DNA of 64,000 nt from Mobula hypostoma (taxonomy: Eukaryota): assembly GCF_963921235.1 (NCBI RefSeq), contig NC_086114.1, positions 35,836,001 to 35,900,000 of the forward strand, given 5' to 3'. The notes under the pieces are model-generated. The model had not been told where the DNA came from. It saw nothing but the letters and a program-made list of their open reading frames with translations, and searched no databases. Shown piece by piece: positions 56,796 to 64,000 of the stretch (its first letter is position 1; each line of letters begins with the position of its first letter). The position numbers and the translations under genes are program-made.

Positions 56796-59479
56796 AGGAG
56801 TCTTGACAACTGCCAATATTGTAAATCTGAGATAACAAGTGGAAGTATAAAGAAAAAGCATTGGATGTGTGATAAGGACAGTTCCTGGATATCCCTGACT
56901 GAGAATTTTAGCCCATGGTTTGGTGATTTCTCTTAAGACTCATTGTGGGGCTTGAGTAGGGAAATCGCCACTTTATGGAACAAGTGAGTTAACTGCACTG
57001 TAATTCAAACTGGCCCCTTTAAAAGATTAAAAAAGAGCAAATAAATATGCTGGTTAAAATAAAATTATACTTGACAGTGCCCTATCTGCACATCTTTCTC
57101 CCCATTGCTGTTCCTCGGCCAGAGCTGATTCAATGGCGCTGCCTTCATGGGAAAAATTAATAGCATGACCCAGCAAGTTTACTTCTGTTTTTTTTTTGTT
57201 ACTCTGATAGCAGAGGATGGCTAGAGCAGTAATTTTGCACACAAGTCTGCAAGCTCAATACAGAGCAGGACTGGATTCTGTGACTTCTCTTTGGCTGTAA
57301 GGGTGTCTTTGTCAGATAGCCCAAATAGTTTATAACTATTGTCCAATTGCTTGGAAAGCTTGGCTCTCACTTGAAGCATGTTAAACAGGTCACCTCTTCA
57401 GTCGGAGAATCAGTCACCTGTCCTTGAATAGTCCCTAAACAATCAGTAGCTAAATGATCAACTTTGTATAGCTTGGGTTGTCATTCAAAATTTCTGCAAT
57501 TTTTATCTGTGGTTGAAAACTACGTGAAACATTATCTGGTTCTAATGATCAGTGTGTTCAGGATGTAAGAAGTGCATAAGACTGAAGCTATTGATTCTTT
57601 GATTTTAGTTAAATGTTTGGTTTGCTCAGTGTCACTCATTATATCCTGATACAAGCACAGCGTCTGCTGGATGTCAGTGAGTGGAGTTGGGTAACTAGTT
57701 TGAGATCTCACCTGGTCATGTATTAGATCTGCAAGAATAATATCAGAAAGCCCAGAGCTAAAAGGTCAGGAGAGTCTTAACAGTTTGGGTGTCTTCTCTA
57801 AAAGACAGGTGGGAACTTGCAGAGTTCTTTAAAATGATGAAAGTGTTTTGAAGTGTCCAACATAATAATGTGGAGGAAACTGAAATGAAAGGTTATAATT
57901 TAAAAAAAAATATTTAGGAGAAACATTTAATTATCTTAGCCCCAAGAGCTAAATGCCAGTAGAAGGATGGGGAATGGAATTACTCAATTGCCTTCTGTAA
58001 TGGTGTAATATGATAGCAGTTGATTGTTGGACACTGATTCTGAAATTTGGTTCCAATGAACTAAATTTTTGGAGCAAAATACAGCGCACAGCTAATGCTA
58101 AATTGCCATTTCACACAAGTCTCTAGGACAGATTTCTACATGACAAAAGCTTCTATTACAGCTATTCTGTTGATTTATATTTCTGACATTTGATATCCTT
58201 TTGAAGAATGAAATGAATTTTTCCCCCCACTGGAATAAGGCGAATTGAAACTTGCCATTTTATCTCAACATATGCTTGTGCAGCCTAGCTGTTGCAGATT
58301 AGCAGTGGCGTTGCCTTCTACTGAGAGCCTTAAAGAAGGGAATGACTGCACCAGTCAGGAGAATGTGCAAAAAAACAGTTTCTACCTGTTTTGCACAATA
58401 GGCTTGATGGTGACAGAGCTGAGGATAATTCACTTTTCAAAGTGAAATTTTATAAGAGTAAGTGGTGTTTAACAGTCCCCAGTTTCATGCACTCCACTAG
58501 TGATGGATGTGGAGCTTCAGCGGTTTGACCTTAACACTTGCCGATTGTGATTTTAACAAGACATTATAAGGATTTGGTGTCAAAATGAGAACACAGAAGA
58601 ATTTTGCAAAAAAAAAATGTTTCTGACGTGTAATTGCTTGTATGTATGATAACCTCTGACTTCAAGTACAGTGTGATACAAATCAATGAAGTTAATTCCC
58701 CAGTCTCTTGATGACTCAGCAACTGTATCCCCCTTTGCTTCACATATTCAGAGTGCACACAGGAACGTACCAAACGGTGTTCAGAGTTGCTTCCCTTGTG
58801 ATTTTAGCTTTGATTGTGGAAAGGATGGTGTTAGATTCCTGGATTAGGATGTATTTACCAACCCAAAATATACTCATTATTCAACTTATTACATCCTTTT
58901 TCTGGGATTTTAAGCATTCTTCGTAGAATTGTTGGATACACCTGCACTGGTATGTTTTGGCAATGAAGACGAATGCTCTTCAGTATCATACTGATTTAAG
59001 TGATTAACGCAAGAGGTCCTGCAGATGTTGGAAATCGAGAGTAACACACACAAAATGCTGAAGGAACTCAACAAGTCAGGCAACATCTATGGAAATAGAT
59101 GAACAGTCAATGCTTCAGACCGAGTTACTTCTTCAAGACTCATTGGAGGATAATTTTTTAAAACATCTGTTGCTTCCCTCTTTCTTCCTACTATGTATCT
59201 TGCAACCCTAGAAAATATAATTGCCCTTAAATATATGCACCCGATATATTTAAATTAATTCCCTGCACAAAATGCTCCAACTCTGTTAGTTTGCTGTAAT
59301 TTTGTTGATACGAGTAAATTGTCCAAAACATGAAATAATTAAAATCAGTATCAGTAGTTGCTGTGTTCGTGTCTTCAATCAAGTCATTGTTGATCTAGAC
59401 ATTGGGAATCATACCTGTCTTTGGTGACCTTAGCAAGAGCTACTGAACTTTACTCAACCAAATCGGCCAGGTCAAGTAA

Positions 59480-59730
59480 TTATTTATTTATTTGTTGAGG
59501 TACAGCAGGAAATAGGCCTTTCCAGCTCTTCGAGCCACGCCACCCAGCAATCTCCAAATTTAATCCTGGGACAATTTACAATGCCCATTTTACCTACCGA
59601 CCAGTGTGTCTTTGGACAATGTGAGGAAACCAGAGCATCCAGAAGAAACCCATGCAGTTATGGGGAGAATGTACAGGCAGTGGCAGCATTTGAACCCGGA
59701 TCGTTGGTGCTACTGTGTCGTCCCATATAC
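59480..59730 (-). mobile_element. V-SINE-like element
   Basis: Reverse complement of the V-domain (gtgaggaaaccagagcatccagaagaaacccatgcag). Confidence 0.65.
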
Positions 59731-59874
59731 TGAGTACATAGAGCATAAAAAATTGCAGCACAGTACAGGCCCTTTGGCCCATAATGTTGTGTTAATTGTT
59801 TTAACCTCTGATCAATTTAGCCCTTTCCTCCCACATACATTCATACATGACCTGACAGAGTAGATTCGGAAACC

Positions 59875-60080
59875 CATGCAGTTAACAGTTGAGGCCAGTT
59901 CATTGGCTATATTTAAGAGGGAGTTAGATATGACCCTTGCGGCTAAAGGGATCGGGGGTATGGGGGGAAGGCTGGTACAGGGTTCTGAGTTGGATGATCA
60001 GCCATGATCATACTGAATGGCGGTGCAGGCTCAAAGGGCCGAATGGCCTACTCCTGCACCTATTTTCTATGTTTCTATGA
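59875..60080 (+). mobile_element. CR1 LINE 3' end
   Basis: gatcagccatgatcatactgaatggcggtgcaggctcaaagggccgaatggcctactcctgc followed by a tttctatg tandem tail. Confidence 0.85.
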
Positions 60081-61109
60081 AACAATGTTTCACTTGGTTG
60101 AGATGTCTGGAATCAAAGGTCAGTCTCAAAATAAAGGGCCAGTATTTTGGGAAGACATAAGAATCTTTTGAATTCTCGCCCCAAGTGGGCCCGAGGGCCT
60201 CAGTCACTTATAGCCAGGAAAGAAGCAGAGTTTTGAATATTTAGGGAAGTGAGACTGTGGAGTTGGTGCAGTAAGTAGTGTTGAGATCAATGATCAGCCA
60301 AGATAGTCTTGAATGGTGGAGTACAAAGAATCACGTGGTCTTTTCCTGCTTAGACGTTAAGCTTTTACTTTCGTAGCTACTGAGTTAATAAGCAGTTTCA
60401 AGCAAAACTAATGTCTTTTATTCAGCTAGCAACTTCAGCTCACACAAGTGGGAGATGGGGACCACCATAGAAGTTTGCAACTGCGATTTGGTTGAAGTTG
60501 GAAACAACTTCAGGGGTTTGCATGGATGGAGTGAACATGAACTAAGTCTAAGGATGAACCTCTATTCTAAAGTTGTGCATGATTCATTTCCAGTGGAGAT
60601 TCAGAAAACAAAATTCAAGCCAGCTGAACAGAGTAAGAGAACCCTCAAATCCAGCACCACACGGGACAAAAAGTTGATTCAGCACCAAAACATTTTTCAA
60701 ATTCTTCCAGATCTTCTCACAAGTTTAAGATTAGATATCTAGTTGCTTATTAAATGTGTATTATATATTTTTCTAAATGGCAGGAACACAATTTAATACT
60801 TGTTTAAGAACGGAACATGCTGTTCTCTCCTTGTCCTGTAGTTTATATTGTCATCCAGTTAAACTGGAGATTTGCGTACTGTTCCTGCTTTGCAACAATG
60901 TGATAATCTCACAAACAGACACTCCGTTGGCAACAACACTTGTGAGCTGCCATAAATAAATTTCTGCCTCTAAGGATAAATATGTTGTCTCTCAATGTAT
61001 CATAACAACACTACATTGATCAAACTTAACTCATCTCCAATGGGAGCTGTGGAATTTGTTATTGTCATCTGGAACACTACTGTGGGTCATTAATGTGACA
61101 ACAAAAACA

Positions 61110-61925
61110 TCAACTGGAACCATCCATTTTGGGCAGCATGTTTATCTCACATTGTGGTTTCTGGTTAGAGTCACATTTTGGCCCATTTAAGTGGCTGCCC
61201 CAATTAGCTGAAGTTTAATGAAAATAGTTAAAAAGGTATAAAAAAGACAAACTGAGTAACATTATGTATTAAATGAAATTCAGAATAAATTATAACACTA
61301 CCAATATTGCAGCACTATAAAACTGTGGATTAGATCTTAATGCTTAATGATAGAGGAATTCATCTGCATCACGTTCTTTTGACTGTAAATGAACAAAATT
61401 AGTGTGGACACCTAGTGCAGATAATGGACTGCCGTAATCCAATGCTTTCGATAATTATATCTTCCAAATCTTCATTTTCATTGTAGCATTCAAGATGATT
61501 GTCAATACCTTCAAATTCTTCAGTTTCTAACTTGTTATAGTTGTGAAATTGTTTTATATTCACTCTCACACATATCTAGCATCTCCATGCCAGAATGCAT
61601 GAAACCGCAATGAACAAAACAGTTCTGAATTGTCTTTCTGCTTTTTTCTTGCTAACTATCAGTGACAAAAATCACAGCTTTTTGAACACAGACACACACA
61701 ACTGACACTATTTAAAAACTGATTGAAGCACTGTGTTGTGCCCATTAGCCACATAAGTGCACATGACTATCACGAGTTCGAACCTGTTTGGCAACAGTCT
61801 CCTGCCCCAATTAAGCAGTATAGGGTCCAAAATAAATGAAGAGAATCCCAGCGATTTTCTTGATTAATTTTTGTTAAGAGCTGTTCCAAATAAGCGGCTG
61901 CCCCAAGTAACTAGAACCCATTGTA
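61110..61925. mobile_element. Non-autonomous DNA transposon (Tigger/pogo-like)
   Basis: Repeated subterminal aagtggctgccccaatta / aagcggctgccccaagta; a related segment lies at ~19420-19600. Confidence 0.55.
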
Positions 61926-62267
61926 TATTCTAACTCTCTTAAGAACTTCAAAGATGTCCATCAGGTACCTGTCCAATCCTCATTCAAAGCAAAGCTTCCA
62001 ATTCAATATTTTCCTCTATATTGTTGCTTAGGATCTATTAATTATGCTTCAGTCATTAGTCTTGGTGCGTTGCAATGTGTTGATTTTTGTCTGATACTGT
62101 AAAACCTGGATAATCCACTAAATGACCATTCAGAAATCCTGATTATTTGGCATGTTGCTGCACTACCTTCTGACTTGCCAGGTCCTCAGTTTCTGTTCTC
62201 CCTTACACTTCTGAGCCATGATTCACATTCCTTAAACCCATTTGGGTCAAGTTCCCATTTTCCCTTC

Positions 62268-62346
62268 CAGGGGTTCCCAACCTTTTTTATGCCATGGTCC
62301 AGTACCATTAAGCAAGTGTCCATGCACCCTAGGCTGGGAACCCCTG
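62268..62346. mobile_element. hAT-type MITE
   Basis: caggggttcccaacc ... ggctgggaacccctg inverted ends. Confidence 0.75.
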
Positions 62347-62721
62347 CTGGGCTCAGGTTCCTACTGTCTTGTTCCTAGAACATAGAGCAATACCAGCACA
62401 AGAACAGACCCTTTGGTCCATGATGTCTACATGGAACACAATATTGAATTTAACAAAATCTCATTTATTTACATATGATACATATCCTTCCATTCCCTGA
62501 GTATTTATGCACAAAACTAAGAGCCTCTTAAATGCCACTAGTGCATTTTGTCCCAACATCACCCCTGTTCCAGGCACCTACCACTCTCTCTGTTAGTTGG
62601 TTTAAAAAAACTGCCCTGCACACCACCTTTAAGCTCCACCCCCCCCATCTTAAATGCAAGCCCTCTAGTATTAGTCATTTCAACAATGGGAAAACTTTTC
62701 TGTCTATCCCGTCTATGTCTC

Positions 62722-64000
62722 TTCAGCAGTTTGAATGGGGCACGACTGCACAAGCGCGTGGAGGTCAGCCAGTGAGAACAGCGGGAAGAATTTAAAAGGA
62801 AGACAGATTTACAGAGCGGGCAACGGAGTAAGAAGGCTTTGGCTCAACGGGGCTTCGGCGATAAAGGGTCAAAGCCAGGTAGATTATCCGTTTAAAATAA
62901 AGACGAGTATGTGTGTGACACTGATTTTCTGTGCTCAGTGTCAGATGTGGGAGGTCCAAGAGACTCCCGGATGACCACATCTGCACCAGATGCGTCGAGC
63001 TGCAGCTCCTTAGAGACCGCATTAGGGAACTGGAGATGCAGCTCGATGATCTTCGTCTGGTCAGGGAGAGTGAGGAGGTGATAGAGAGGAGCTATAGGCA
63101 GGTAGTCACCCTGGGACCACAGGAAACAGAGAAGTGGGTAACAGTCAGGAGAGGGAAGGGCAAGAAGCAAGTACTGGAGAGTACACCAGTGGCTGTCCCC
63201 CATAACAATAAGTATTCCTGCTTGAGTACTGTTGCGGGGGATGGCCTACCTGGGGGAAGCAACAGTGGTCGCAGCTCTGGCACAGATTCTGCCCTGTGGC
63301 TCAGAAGGGTAGGGAAAGGAAGAGGATGGCAGCAGTGATAGGGAACTCTATAGTTAGGGGGTCAGACACGCGATTCTGTGGACGCAGGAAAGAAGCGCGG
63401 ATGGTAGTTTGCCTCCCAGATGCCGGGGTCCGGGATGTTTCTGATCGCGTCCACGATATCTTGAAGTGGGAAGGAGAACAGCCAGAGATCGTGGTACATA
63501 TTGGTACCAACGACATAGGTAGGAAAAGGGAGGAGATCTTGGAAAAAGACTACAGGGAGTTAGGAAAGAAGCTGAGAAGCAGGACCTCAAAGGTAGTAAT
63601 CTCTGGATTACAGCCTGTGCCACGTGACAGGGAGTATAGGAATAAAATGAGGTGGAGGATAAATGCATGGCTGAGAGATTGGATCATTGGGACCTCTTCT
63701 TGGGCAGGTGTGACCTGTACAAAAAGGATGGGTTGCACTTGAATCTGAGGGGGACCAACATCCTGGCTAAGGCTATTGGGGACAGTTTAAACTAGAAATG
63801 CTGGGGGGTGGTCACTGAACTGAAGAGATGGAGGAAAGGGAGGTTAGCTCACAAATAGAGAAAGTTTGGAGACAGTGCGAAAGGGAGGATAGGCAGGTGA
63901 TAGACAAGGGACACACTCAGTCCGATGGTTTGAGGTGCGTCTATTTTAATGTGAGGAGTATCATGAATAAAGCAGATGAGCTTAGAGCGTGGATCAGCAC
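62722..64000 (+). mobile_element. CR1 LINE 5' region: ORF1 (zinc finger/leucine zipper + SGNH esterase, frameshifted) and start of ORF2 endonuclease
   Basis: CAQCQMWE..HICTRC..LQLLRDRIRELEMQL; VIGNSIVRG, VVHIGTND, VVISGL, DGLHLN; then LRCVYFNVRSIMNKADELRAWIS. Confidence 0.92.

Overview
Eukaryotic (vertebrate) genomic DNA, most likely a cartilaginous fish (ray/shark), inferred from the repeat landscape: CR1, Penelope-like, Rex1/Babar, L1, RTE, Tc1, hAT, and V-SINE/tRNA SINEs. The window holds the conserved syntenic block SEC31B (minus strand, 5' end only: putative non-coding exon 1 and coding exons at 2569-2647 and 740-863), NDUFB8 (minus strand, complete, 5 coding exons, 188 aa, 11791-22891) and HIF1AN/FIH-1 (plus strand, complete, 8 coding exons, 335 aa, 23317-54228). 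I derived the exon boundaries by hand from GT-AG sites and the reading frame; they join in phase. NDUFB8 and HIF1AN are head-to-head, with start codons only 425 bp apart and NRF1-, CTCF- and GC-box-like motifs between them. Most ORF-track entries are transposon debris or noise. The most interesting non-gene signals are: (i) many minimal type-I hammerhead-ribozyme motifs in Penelope-like terminal repeats, including a young TSD-flanked inverted element in HIF1AN intron 2; (ii) an orphan CpG-rich, promoter-like island in HIF1AN intron 1; (iii) a 37-bp near-perfect hairpin in a SEC31B intron. I found no evidence of a wholly new multi-gene system.
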